Assembly: GCA_030390025.1 (NCBI GenBank)
Contig: CM059433.1
Coordinates: 24,244,001 to 24,308,000 of the forward strand
Reading direction: 5' to 3'
Origin: Squalus acanthias
Taxonomy: Eukaryota
DNA: 64,000 bases
Made by a program: the position numbers and the translations under genes. Shown here in pieces: positions 52,995 through 64,000 of the stretch; the stretch's first letter is position 1, and each line of letters begins with the position of its first letter. The notes below the pieces were generated by a model. That model saw only the letters and a list, made by a program, of their open reading frames with translations, made no database searches and had not been told where the DNA came from.

Positions 52995-53300
52995 TGGCAG
53001 TTAATTTGCATACACCAAGATCCCAAAATACAAATGAGATGAATGACCAGTTAATCTGTATTTGGTTGAGGGAGGAATGTTAGCTAGGACATCACCCTGC
53101 AATTCGAATAGTACCATATGATCATTTATGTTCACCTGAATAGGTAGATAGGGCCTTGGTTGAATGCCCAATCGAAAAAACAGCACCTCTGACAATGTTG
53201 TATTCCCTTAGTACTACACTGGAATATCAGCCTAGATTATGTGCTCAAGTCCTGAGTGACGTTCCAATCCAGAATGTTATGACTCAGTGGCAACTGAAGC
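52995..53300 (-). mobile_element. Degenerate DeuSINE
   Basis: Colinear with 54921-55338 (aagatccca, ggttgaggga, cagcacctctgaca, cagcctagatt...caagtc). Confidence 0.65.
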
Positions 53301-53870
53301 AAGCAGACACTTAATGTGCTGCAACAGAGAACAGGGAGTGAAAGAGAAGGGAAGAAGGCATGTAGTTGACATTAAGAGCAGTCAGAAACAAATGGCTTGT
53401 TAGGCCTAACGGCCTTTTCCTGTTCTTAGAAACTCTAATGATTTGCTTTTTGTTAGTTTAGGCACTTGTCTGGGCAATCTGAACATAAGGCAGCTGAATT
53501 TCCTCAGCAATTCCGCCAGACCCTTACCCTTACTCCAGCAGGAGTCAAGCAGAAGGCCAAAGGCCAAGACACAGATACGCTGTATCACGACCTGAATTGG
53601 GATTACCCGCTTGGCCTTGTAAGGAGCAGAGCCTGCCCTCCTCCTCACTTAATGATGGCACTATCCTTCCTTCTGTGACTGGATCTGTTATACAAACTAG
53701 AGATTGCACCAAAACTGACTTGGGAAGACACCCATAGTGAAAGGGTGCACCATCGAATGGACAGGGTGCGCGTTGATTGGCCTCATAGGTTGGGAAATCC
53801 TCGGAGCTGCTTCCGCTCTATCACCCACACTTCACCAGAAATGTAGCGAAAACCCTGTTTACGTTCAAGC

Positions 53871-54340
53871 CAGCCGTGGCTCAGCGGGTAGCACTCTCGC
53901 GTCTGAGTCAGAAAGTTGTGGGTTCAAGTCCCACTCCAGAGACTTGAACACAAAAACTTGACTGACACACCAGTGCAGTATTGAGGGAGTGCTGCACTGT
54001 CGGAGATATCGTCTTTCGGATGAGACGTTAAACCGAGGCCCCATCTGCCCTCTCAGGTGGGAGCAAAAGCTCCCATGGCACTATTTGAAAAAGAGCAGGG
54101 GCGTTCTCCCCAGTATCCTGGCCAATATTTATCCCTCAACCAACATCACTAAAAAAAAAACAGATTATCTGGTCATCATCACATTGCTGTTTGTGGGAGC
54201 TTGCTGTGCGCAAATTGGCTGCAACGTTTCCTACATCACAACAGTGACTACACTCCAAAAGTACTTCATTGGCTGTAAAGCGCTTTGAGACGTCCGGTGG
54301 TCGTGAAAGGAGCTATATAAATGCAAGTCTTTCTTTTCTT
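53871..54340 (+). mobile_element. Full-length tRNA-derived DeuSINE (SacSINE1-like, AmnSINE1-related)
   Basis: A box (tggctcagcggg), B box (ggttcaagtcc), Deu-domain-like core (cccatggcactattt...tcctggccaatattt...ttgctgtttgtgggagcttgctgtgcgcaaattggctgc), L2-like tail ctatataaatgcaagtcttt. Confidence 0.85.
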
Positions 54341-54920
54341 ATAAATGGGGTTTCCACCACACCTCCGGCAACGTTAAGACAGCAGAGTGGAAGCAGCAAA
54401 TTAGGTAACATTATCCAACTCTATGCCTTTTAAAAACCTGGGTTATGCCTTCTCTGAATTTTTTGTCTCCGTTCTAAGAATCTCTGCTCACAAATTAGAA
54501 TCCTAAATCTTCCCTGACCTCTCTACAATGTATTAGTCTCTTGAAGGTCATGTGCCTAAACAGAACACACGTCATGACAAATGTATAAATGAATGAAATA
54601 AAATCACATTTCTTTGTACAGCTCAATAGAATGGTTCACTCTCCTTGGACAAGATTAGAATAACTTGTTTCACCTACAAACACATGTTCTTGAGGTCCAT
54701 CCTGGTACATGATTAATCTCCTTTATAACAATTTCACATTGACTGAATGCTTTTGGTGAATGGCCAATTATCTTACCCATTTCATTTCCCATCTTTGCTG
54801 ATGCACACGTTTATTATGGCCATGTTTCACATTCCATGTTGCAATGCATAGAATATTTCACTGCATCAAAATCTGTCATTCCTTATCCTATCCATCTAAT
54901 TGGCCCAGATCTCTTTAAAT

Positions 54921-55338
54921 AAAAAGAAAAACTTGCATTTATATAGCGCCTTTCACGACCACCGGACGTCCCAAAGCGCTTTACAGCCAATGAAGTACTT
55001 TTTGAAGTGTAGTCACTGTTGTAATGTAGGAAACGCGGCAGCCAATTTGCGCACAGCAAGATCCCACAAACAGCAATGTGATAATGACCAGATAATCTGT
55101 TTTTTTGTTATGTTGATTGAGGGATAAATATTGGCCAGGACACCGGGGATAACTCCCCCTGCTCTTCTTCGAAATAGTGCCATGGGATCTTTTACATCCA
55201 CCTGAGAGAGCAGGCGGGGCCTTGGTTTAATGTCTCATCCGAAAGACGGCACCTCCGACAGTGCAGCACTCCCTCAGCACTGCACTGGAGTGTCAGCCTA
55301 GATTTTTTGGTGTTCAAGTCTCTGGAGTGGGACTTGAA
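54921..55338 (-). mobile_element. DeuSINE, slightly 5'-truncated
   Basis: Reverse complement of most of 53871-54340. Confidence 0.85.
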
Positions 55339-55639
55339 TGCTATCAATATCTCATACACATCTAGCCACATAGCAAATGTTATAATATTATAATGTTACA
55401 AGAGATATCCTACTCCACATTATTTGTAAGTGAAATGTTATGAAATACCTTCCAAAAATTCAAGTGGATTATTGATAATTTCAGCAATCCTGTGTTGCTA
55501 GTTCGCAAGTCGGAGATAAGACTGCAACATCGTAACGCTGATTCTCCAACCTGCCCTTCGAGTGATGCTCTCCACTGGGAGTGCAGGATTGCAAATTTAC
55601 CCTTATAAGTGTCAGCCTTGGCTTTGTGGTGGCTTTCAG

Positions 55640-56878
55640 AAGGACATGGGTTCAAGCACCACTCCAGAGACTCGAGCACATAATCTGGCTGACATTTCAG
55701 TGCAGTACTGAGGGAGTGCGGCACTGTCAGAGGTGCCGTCTTTCTGATGAGATGTTACGGAATTACTTAAAATTTACGACAGGGAAACACGCCGTTCAAC
55801 CCAATCAGTCCATGCCACTACACGAGCAGTAGTCCTAATCCCATGAGCCCACCCTATTCCCATATCCCTTTATCCCCCCTTTCCTTCAACCAACTATCTA
55901 ATCTATTAAATGTTGACATGGTCTCTGTTTCAATTCCTAACTCCAGTAGTGCATTCCACAGCCTTATAGCCCTCTATGTCAAAACATTTCTCCTGCTATG
56001 TCCTAAATCTCTTAGTTTTAATCTTATATCTATGTCCCTTCCGGAAAGAGTCTATTCTCTCTACTCTGACTCATCCCTTCGTAATTTTAAACACCTCTAT
56101 CAAATCACCCTGTAATTTCCACTGTTCTAATAAAAACGGGCCCAATTTTTCTTCATACATGTATTTCCTCCTACCAGGCAGCATCCTAGTGAAATAAAAA
56201 CAGAAAATGCTGGAGATACTCTCTTTCTGAAGGTCATCGACCTGAAACGTTAACTCTGTTTCTCTCTTCACAGATGCAGCCTGACCTGCTGAGTATCTCC
56301 AGCATTTTCTGTTTTTATTTCAGATTTCCAGCATCTGCAGTATTTTCTTTTAGCATCCTAGTGAATCTGTGCTGTACCCTCTCTATTGCCTCAACATTTG
56401 GAGTACTGTTTGCAGTTTTGCTCTATAGTATAGAGCCCAAAACGGCAAAGTGTCGACCAACGGTGGTCTTGCTAAGGTTTTACGTAGATTCCCCATTACA
56501 TCTCAATTTTTATATTCTATACCTCGTGACAAAACGCAGTATTTCATTAGCTTTTATATGGTCTTATTCACTTGAGGTGCTTAAAACAAAGTCCCGTCCG
56601 CCCTCTCAGGTGGACGTAAAAGATTCCATGCAACTGTCCAAAGAAGAGCAGGAAGTTCTCCCAGTGTCCTGGCCAACATTTATCCCTCAACCAACCTCAA
56701 TAAAACAGATTATCTAGTCATTTATCTCACTGCTGTTTGCAGGACCTTGCGGTGCACAAAATGGCTACTGTATTTACCTACATTACAACGGTGACTATAC
56801 TTCAGAAGTATTTCATTGGTTATGAAGCGTTTTGGGATGCTGTGAAAGGCGTTACATAAATGCAAGTTCTTTACTTTA
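55640..56878 (+). mobile_element. DeuSINE split by a CR1 (about 55757-56580, minus strand) that is itself split by a Penelope hairpin (56194-56351)
   Basis: SINE halves 55640-55756 and 56581-56878 join at gagatgtta|aa; the inner insert has a 14-bp TSD agcatcctagtgaa at 56180 and 56352 and a perfect 28-bp inverted repeat. Confidence 0.75.
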
Positions 56879-57582
56879 TATGTTGTTGGGCTGTTCGCTA
56901 ACCTAGTTAATTAACTCCTCAAAAATTTTCTAGATTTGTTAAGCACCCAATTATTCTGTAAATCCATGGTGACGACTCCTTGTGGCCTCTGCTTTCTTTC
57001 ACTGATTAATGATAGCGTTCCTTAAAGTGCTCTCAATCATATGCTCCGGCACTTACATTAGGCTAGCTGGTCTGTAATTCCTGGATCTTTAATTCCTGGG
57101 TTTGTGCTTCATCCCTTTTTTAAAAGTCTTGGGATAATATTTCTAACGTGCTTATCCTCTGTATCTATGGAAATGCTGGAAAATACTAATCACAACCTCT
57201 CGTTTCTTTGAAGAATCTTGGATATATGCCCTCCAGTCCAGGTAACTTCCAAATTTACATACCTAAACCAGACACTAGATTTTGGGACACACCCTGAGGG
57301 GAGAAGAAAAGAACAAAGAATTCTGTAAAAATAATGATTAAAGTAGCAGATTGAGACAAGCCCACAACTCAGCTTTAAATTGAGGCAAGTTCATAGCTCA
57401 GCCTTAGAGGTCTTTCCTTGAATTTGGAGCCTAGGGAGAGAGACCCTTATACCAAACATCAGGGTCATTAGATCACTGACAGACTGAACTTTCTGTGGAG
57501 TGACGATTGCAACACATCTGAAAAATCCTCAATTAAGCCCAATTAATGGTATTATTCATCAAACCAAAACAAACTACCCCAG

Positions 57583-57968
57583 TCTCATCCTTGTTTTCAA
57601 ATCCCCCCGTGGCCTCACCCCTCCCGATCTCTGTAACCTCCTCCAGCCCCACAACCCTCCGAGATACCTGCGCTCCTCCAATTCTGGCCTCTTGCCCATC
57701 CCTGATTTTAATCGCTCCAGCATTGGCGGCCGTGCTTTCAGCTGCCTAAGCCCTAAGCTCTGGAATTCCCTCCCTAAACCTCTCTGCCTCTCTACCTCTC
57801 TCTCTTCCTTTAAGACGCTACTTAAAACCTACCTCTTTGACCCCACGTGCCCAAATGTCTCCTTATGTGGCTCAGAGTCAAATTTTGTTTGATAACGTAC
57901 CTGTGAAGCGCTTTGGGACATTTTACTATGTTAAAGGCAATAGATAAATACAAGTTGTTGTTGTTGTT
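57583..57968 (+). mobile_element. L2 LINE 3' end
   Basis: LILVFKSPRGLTPPDLCNLLQPHNP...GGRAFSCLSPKLWNSLP; (ttg)n tail. Confidence 0.85.
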
Positions 57969-58309
57969 CGATGCCAAACAACAAGGCCAGATACAACTAC
58001 TACAAAGATTGATGTCTCACAAATCTGGCCATTACCATTGCTGAAAGCATGTAACCACAAATAAATTTGTACTGGGAGCTGACAGTGCGATTCAGTGAAT
58101 AGCCATAGCCTAAATCACGTTCCAGTAATCCTGGTCAATACAGAAGTATAATCTTTCCACAGGCAGAAAACTCCCTTTTGTTTAAAGCTGCTTGACTACT
58201 ACAACACAAATTGATTTTCCATTCACATCAGTTGCAGTTAAGATCGAAAATATCAAACCCAAAGATCCAATCTTGGTACAGGGGGGAAAGTAGAAGGCCC
58301 CTAATTTAG

Positions 58310-59260
58310 GAACACAGAAAGAGAAAGTGATAGCTTGCATTATTGCGTGCAAAATAAGGGATAAGACAGCAAGAGAGAAAGAAGAATATGGAGGCTGAAG
58401 GAAGAAGTGTGAGATAGAGGAGACAGTGAAACAGATAGCGGGAGACAAAGAGAAGACAGTGAAAGAAATATAGAGATAGAAAAAAAGAGAACGGTGAAAG
58501 AGAAAAAAGCAGAAAGAGATCTAAAGAAACACCGAGGTAGAGAGAAAGAAAGCTTGAGATGGAAAAACTTTTTTTTACATAGCGAGTGGTTAGGATCTGG
58601 AATGCACTGCCTGAAAGGGTGGTGGAGGCAGTTTCAATCGTGTCTTTCAAAAGGGAATTGGATAAGTACCTGAAAGAAATAAATTTTGCAGGGCTACAGG
58701 GAAAGGGCGGGGTAGTGGGACTAGCTGAAGTGTTCTTGCAGAGAGCCGGCACGGGCTCGACGGGCTGAATGGCCTCCTTCTGTGCTGTAACCATTCTATG
58801 ATTTTAAGTAGGGAGAGGAAGAAAACAGAGAAAGGAAAAAAGTTTGATAAACAAGTGATAATGGGTATAAGATAAAGTGTGACAGAGAGAAAAAGGTGAA
58901 AAAGAGCAAGAGGCTGGTATTAACGAGTGACAAACAAGGAGAGAGAAATGTGAGAAAAGGAGCTGGAAAGCACATGGAAAAGGCAAAGAGTCAGAGTTGG
59001 AGATGCAAGAGACAGGAAGAATGTGAAAAATGAATAGTGTGAGATAGTAACAGAAAATAAAGACAAAATGTGAGATAAGGACAGAAAAAGAGACAAAGCA
59101 GAGGGAGAAAGATTAGAAGGATATGAACAAGGACAAAAAGTGAACAAAATAGACAAAATAGAGAGAGAAAAAGAGAGATGAAGAAAAAGGATGGCGCAAA
59201 AAAGGAAACAAGAGAAAAAAGTTTGCTCTTAGATAAAAAGGGAGAGACAATAAAGATACA
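58310..59260. repeat. Purine-rich low-complexity tract with a CR1 tail nested at about 58567-58803
   Basis: Strong A/G bias on the plus strand; a similar shorter tract lies at about 17330-17580. Confidence 0.7.
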
Positions 59261-59346
59261 CGCACGCAAAAGCAGACTGGTGCACAAAGACAAATGATTT
59301 TCAAGCTTTCTTTGTGGGGACTTCTGAAAATATTGACACACTCCCA

Positions 59347-61103
59347 GGGCCTAGAAAAACAGGCAGTAAAGGTTCAAACGGTGTGCGCGCACTCACGCAC
59401 TGGGAGATCAAATGGTGTGCGGTGTCTGTGCACTCAATCCTCACTGGGTGATCAAATGGTGTGCAGTGTGTGTGCACTCAATCCTCACTGGGAGATCAAA
59501 TGGTGTGTGGTGTGTGCACTCCATCCTCACTGGGTGATCCAATGGTGTGTGGTGTGTGTGTGCACTCAATCCTCACTGGGAGATCAAATGGTGTGCGGTG
59601 TGTGTGCACTCAATCCTCACTGGGAGATCAAATGGTGTGCGGTGTGTGTGCACTCAATCCTCACTGGGTCATCCAATGGTGTGTGGTGTGTGTGCACTCA
59701 ATCCTCACTGGGTCATCCAATGGTGTGCGGTGTGTGTGCACTCAATCCTCACTGGGAGATCCAATGGTGTGCGGTGTGTGTGCACTCAATCATTCACTGG
59801 GTGATCAAATGGTGTGCGGTGTGTGTGCACTCAATCCTCACTGGGTCATCCAATGGTGTGCGGTGTGTGTGCACTCAATCCTCACTGGGTCATCAAATGG
59901 TGTGTGGTGTGTGTGCACTCAATCCTCACTGGGTCATCCAATGGTGTGCGGTGTGTGTGCACTCAATCCTCACTGGGAGATCCAATGGTGTGCGGTGTGT
60001 GTGCACTCCATCCTCACTGGGAGATCAAATGGTGTGCGGTGTGTGTGCACTCAATCCTCACTGGGAGATCAAATGGTGTGCGGTGTGTGTGCACTCCATC
60101 CTCACTGGGAGATCAAATGGTGTGCGGTGTGTGTGCACTCAATCCTCACTGGGAGATCAAATGGTGTGTGGTGTGTGTGTGCACTCAATCCTCACTGGGA
60201 GATCAAATGGTGTGCGGTGTGTGTGCACTCAATCCTCACTGGGAGATCAAATGGTGTGCGGTGTGTGTGCACTCAATCCTCACTGGGTCATCCAATGGTG
60301 TGCGGTGTGTGTGCACTCAATCCTCACTGGGTGATCCAATGGTGTGCGGTGTGTGTGCACTCCATCCTCACTGGGAGATCAAATGGTGTGCGGTGTGTGT
60401 GCACTCAATCCTCACTGGGAGATCAAATGGTGTGCGGTGTGTGTGCACTCAATCCTCACTGGGTGATCCAATGGTGTGCGGTGTGTGTGCACTCAATCCT
60501 CACTGGGTGATCCAATGGTGTGCGGTGTGTGCGGGCACTCAATCCTCACTGGGAGATCACTGCATGTCAAATTGGTTAGGCCCAACTGGAGTTGTCGAGG
60601 GCGACCGTCTGAAACTAGTGTTCGGCCCATTGCCTATTTTATGGAGGGCCTAACGCCCATTTCAGGTCCCATTGCAAATCTGGATGGGGACTGACCGCAG
60701 CGTGCGCCGTGCACATCAGTATTCTCAGACCTAAAGCAGCAAAAGCAGAGGTCCTTAATGGGACCGCCGGAGGCTGGCAGCAAAAATATTTTACTGGCCT
60801 GAATGTGGAGCCAGGTGAAGCGGGAGTGCTCCTCCTGGCTCAACATTGAAACTGCGGCCTGCTGCCTGCCACCGCTCTCCCCTTCCCGATCGCCAACCCC
60901 CCCCCCCGCAACGACTTACTGTAGGCCCGGTGCCAGCATCCCGACCAAACAACTTTCCTCCTCTTCGCCACCAGCACCACCGGTCGCTTACCGATGACGC
61001 AAGAGACCATATTTTGCGTGGTCCTCCTGTGTATCAGTTGCGGCGTGGTTTTGCCATCGCTGGGTTCGTTCCTGAATCCGAGCACAAACAAATTTCTAGG
61101 CCC
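59347..61103. mobile_element. Harbinger-type non-autonomous element enclosing a minisatellite
   Basis: Perfect 11-bp TIR gggcctagaaa / tttctaggccc; flanking 3-mers cca and ccc. Confidence 0.6.
59379..60560. repeat. 44-bp minisatellite, about 27 copies
   Basis: Unit TGCACTCAATCCTCACTGGGAGATCAAATGGTGTGCGGTGTGTG, period 44 (e.g. 60002 and 60046), with a few recurring variants. Confidence 0.96.
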
Positions 61104-62169
61104 CCCTCAGTCCTAACTCCTGAAAGACATTATTAGATACCCAAAGGAAAACAGTACTATTACTGTAGAAGTTTTTTTTTGTCAATCTACAACTACATAA
61201 ACACTGCATTAGTGAGTCAACAAATACAGAAGAAAGTACAGAATATATCATTCTTGGGACACAGTGCTTGTGGCACAGGGAATGGGCGGCCTCAGATGAC
61301 AGAAATCGGATGGCTTTGTATACCCCTGGGGTCTTGTGCTCTCTCTCCCTGTTTCTTGTTTCTCCATTTTTATGTCTCTCACGATGATTCTTTACTCCTC
61401 GTGTGTTGGTGCAGGAGGCGTTGTATGTGAGGAGACAGGTGGAACCGAGAGCTGAAGACCAAGCACAATGTCAGCCGCTAAAGATACTGAGGTAAATTTT
61501 ACAGAGACTCCACCACCAGCCTCGAGTCTCATTCGACAGGAGCCGGAATGGATGTCGGAAAAATTGGCAGTGGCTCAAAAGTGGGCAGGCTGACCTCAAC
61601 ACACACTTCTAGGATCTGCACTCCCGCTGAGCATTACTCTGCACCAGAAGGTCTCTGAACATTTACCCTGCCGGCTGTAAAAATGCCCTTTTACAGTCAA
61701 CAGCACTTCTCCGCAGTTCTGGGATTTTACAGCAGCTCTGAGGGTACTTTTGGGCCCCACATGTCAACTGCGCCTTTGGGCTGCGACCCAGGCAATCCAA
61801 GTTTGCTCTGATTCTTGTATTTCCTCTGCTATGGGTTGGACAGAGGTTAGGGTGCCACAGGTGCTGGCTATCAAGAAGGATGGGTGAAGGTTTTCCCTAA
61901 TCCGGAGCCCAGGGAGCAGCACTGCTAATTATAAAAGACATCTTTTACAGTTAGTACCACTCCTCTTTTGGCCTGGCATTTTTCAGGCTTCTCTGATGGC
62001 ATCTTTGGGGCCAATGCATTTGTCTGAGGCAAAAATCTGATGACCTCATGGGATCTCCACATGGTCCCCTGATTGAAATCCTATGGCATGGACAGAATGA
62101 CACATAAACAGAGGCAAAGAGGCACAAACAGACTGAAAAAGATAGACGTACAGACAAATCAACAGTTAA

Positions 62170-63235
62170 CAATATGCATTTGTACAACACTTTTAAGATA
62201 GGGAATGCCCCAATGCACTTTACAGAGGAGAAGAAACAGTCACGAAGCAGTAGTAATAGAAGAGCCCAAAGGCACGTTCAGAAAGACAGATTTTGAGGAG
62301 GCTTTTGAAAGTGGTAGCAAAGCAAAAGGTTTAAAGGAGAAAAATTCAAAATGTAGGATCAACTCATCTGGAACCAATGATGGAACAAAGCAAGGGATGG
62401 ATGCACAGGAGGCTGGAAAAGGGGAGAGACATAGGGCTGGAGGAGATTGCAAAGGAAGGGAAGGACGAAGTCGTGGGGGAATTTCTAAACAAAGATGAGG
62501 ATGTTGAATTCAATGCACTGGGGAATGGAGAACCACTGGAGGTCAGTGAAGACAGGGCGACAGGTGCATAATAGGATGTGGTCAAGAGTGTTTAGGATGA
62601 GTTGGGGTTTATGTAGGGTGAGCTTGGAAGGTCAGCAAGAAGATAATGGTGCGCATGAGGGTTTCACCAGTGGAGGGGTTGAGGTAAGGGTGGAGGTGGG
62701 TGAGATTACAGAGCTGGAAATAGGTACTCTTGATAATGGATAGGAAATGGGCTTTTAAGCTCAGCTCAGCCAGAACAGGACACCAAGGTTCAGTCTGAAT
62801 GAGCAGCTAGAGGAGTGCATGGGATTGGAGGCTAGGGTTATTGGCAGGGATCGAGTAGGATGGTTTTCATAATGGCAATATGAAGTTGAAGAAAGCTCTC
62901 TGGTTCATCTGTCACTTTATGTTGGATAAAGAGTCTGACCGTATATTGATAGTATGGAGTCGTGGATGCTGGTAAAGCTGGGTGCATACATGTAGAAACT
63001 GAACCCACATCTACGGATGAATGTAGATAAATAATAGGAGGGGCAAATGTAGCCTTTGAGGCACTCTTAAGGTGACTGTGTTGGGAGGGAGGAGGAGCCA
63101 TTGCAAGAGATGTGCTGTATACGTTGGGACAGGTAGGAATCGAACCAAGCAAGAGTGGCGTCACGAAGGTGGATCATGAAGCAGAGGTGGTGGAGGAGGA
63201 TGGAGTGGTCAACTGCATCAAATGCTGCTGAGGAT
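62170..63235 (-). mobile_element. Old, decayed L2 LINE fragment
   Basis: Patchy similarity to the L2 copies at 19036 and 40412 (gcatttgtacaacactttt tail, gggttt..gagctggaaatagg, ggaggaggatggagtggtcaac). Confidence 0.55.
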
Positions 63236-64000
63236 CATTACCTTTTGCCAAATAGGCACTGGTGATTAAATGTTCCAGGATAGCAAAACAGTTTCACACA
63301 ACAAAGTGTATGAGCAAGCAGAAACAAACCGCCTCCCATCGATAGATAAATGAAGCAAACCTTCACCTCAGCGCAATTGAACACTACTTAGCTAGTGGGT
63401 AGCTGCGCCATAAAACAAGAATTAGCTCACACTTCCTGATCTCACAACTGGAACTAAATAACAAAGAAGATTTCCCAAGTACTGTATTCCAACACTACAA
63501 AGGTTTTCTCTGTAGTGTTGCACGTTTAAAAACTTGTGTCGGCAACACTTTTCTACATAATGAATCTCAAATATTTTATTTTCATGTCAACGAAACACAA
63601 TTACGACAGACATTTTCTGAACATAAACTATATGGGCGAGTGGAAGAATCCATCAACAATATCTGTATTTTAATGTTTGGGCAAGCAGTCACACAACCAA
63701 CAATCTGTAATATTGTGAATGACCTAACGAGGAAGAATTTACGCAGTGTTAGCAGAGACAGAGAGCTAAGACTCCAGTGGAAGTGTTACGAGAACTTTCT
63801 TTCCTCAACTATATGCTAGGTGCAAATGATTAGTAAATTTGGTGCAAAAATCACCAGATCTCAGTGTATGTCTATGCATTTATTAAAGTACTGGGTAAAA
63901 TAAAAGTGTTCCATTTTATTGGTGATCTGATACTTTCAATGTTGATCAAAGACTTGATGCCAAAATAAACATAGAATTACAACGATCATCAAAGTGACAG

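Noticed and set aside
53871..53945. tRNA gene
   Set aside because: A and B boxes are present, but the sequence continues into the SINE body and I cannot fold a full cloverleaf; it is the SINE head.
58306..59341. Hydrophobic F/L/S-rich minus-strand ORFs (also 17287-17604) suggesting membrane proteins
   Set aside because: Artefact of pyrimidine-rich low-complexity sequence on that strand.
59379..60560. CRISPR-like appearance of the regular repeats (also 8358-8745)
   Set aside because: Units are head-to-tail with no unique spacers, there are no cas genes, and the context is a vertebrate intron.
59294..60653. Long Cys/His-rich ORFs (346, 349 and 279 aa) resembling a metal-binding repeat protein
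   Set aside because: They are translations of the 44-bp minisatellite. All three frames give the same permuted peptide, and there is no splice or start context.

Overview
Vertebrate genomic DNA, very likely a cartilaginous fish (shark-type CR1, L2, Penelope and SacSINE1-like DeuSINE repeats). The only host gene I can support is the fatty-acid elongase ELOVL5 on the minus strand. Three coding exons are present, all with AG/GT splice sites: 32080-32146 (ATG at 32137), 11485-11672 and 1216-1293. Together they encode MEAVDQTLNYYFVSWFGPR-DPRVEGFFLLDKY...YMFCE-LLRGVWAGGYSIFCQDTHNAGEADLK. The gene continues past position 1, and I could not place the non-coding first exon. The rest is intron densely filled with nested transposon fragments: CR1, L2, RTEX and RTE LINEs, Penelope-like elements, DeuSINEs, Harbinger and hAT non-autonomous DNA elements, and two minisatellites. 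Most ORFs in the supplied track are repeat-derived or spurious. The best leads are three. (i) Short, TSD-flanked Penelope-terminal hairpin insertions carry minimal hammerhead-ribozyme-like cores, including a back-to-back pair on opposite strands. (ii) Near-identical inverted CR1 copies bracket ELOVL5 exons 2-3, whose 255-nt back-spliced circle would be a stop-free, endless ORF. (iii) Two unrelated minisatellites inside DNA-transposon shells each carry a TGCRCNC (metal-response-element core) in nearly every unit. All three are hypotheses read by eye; repeat boundaries are approximate unless a TSD is quoted.
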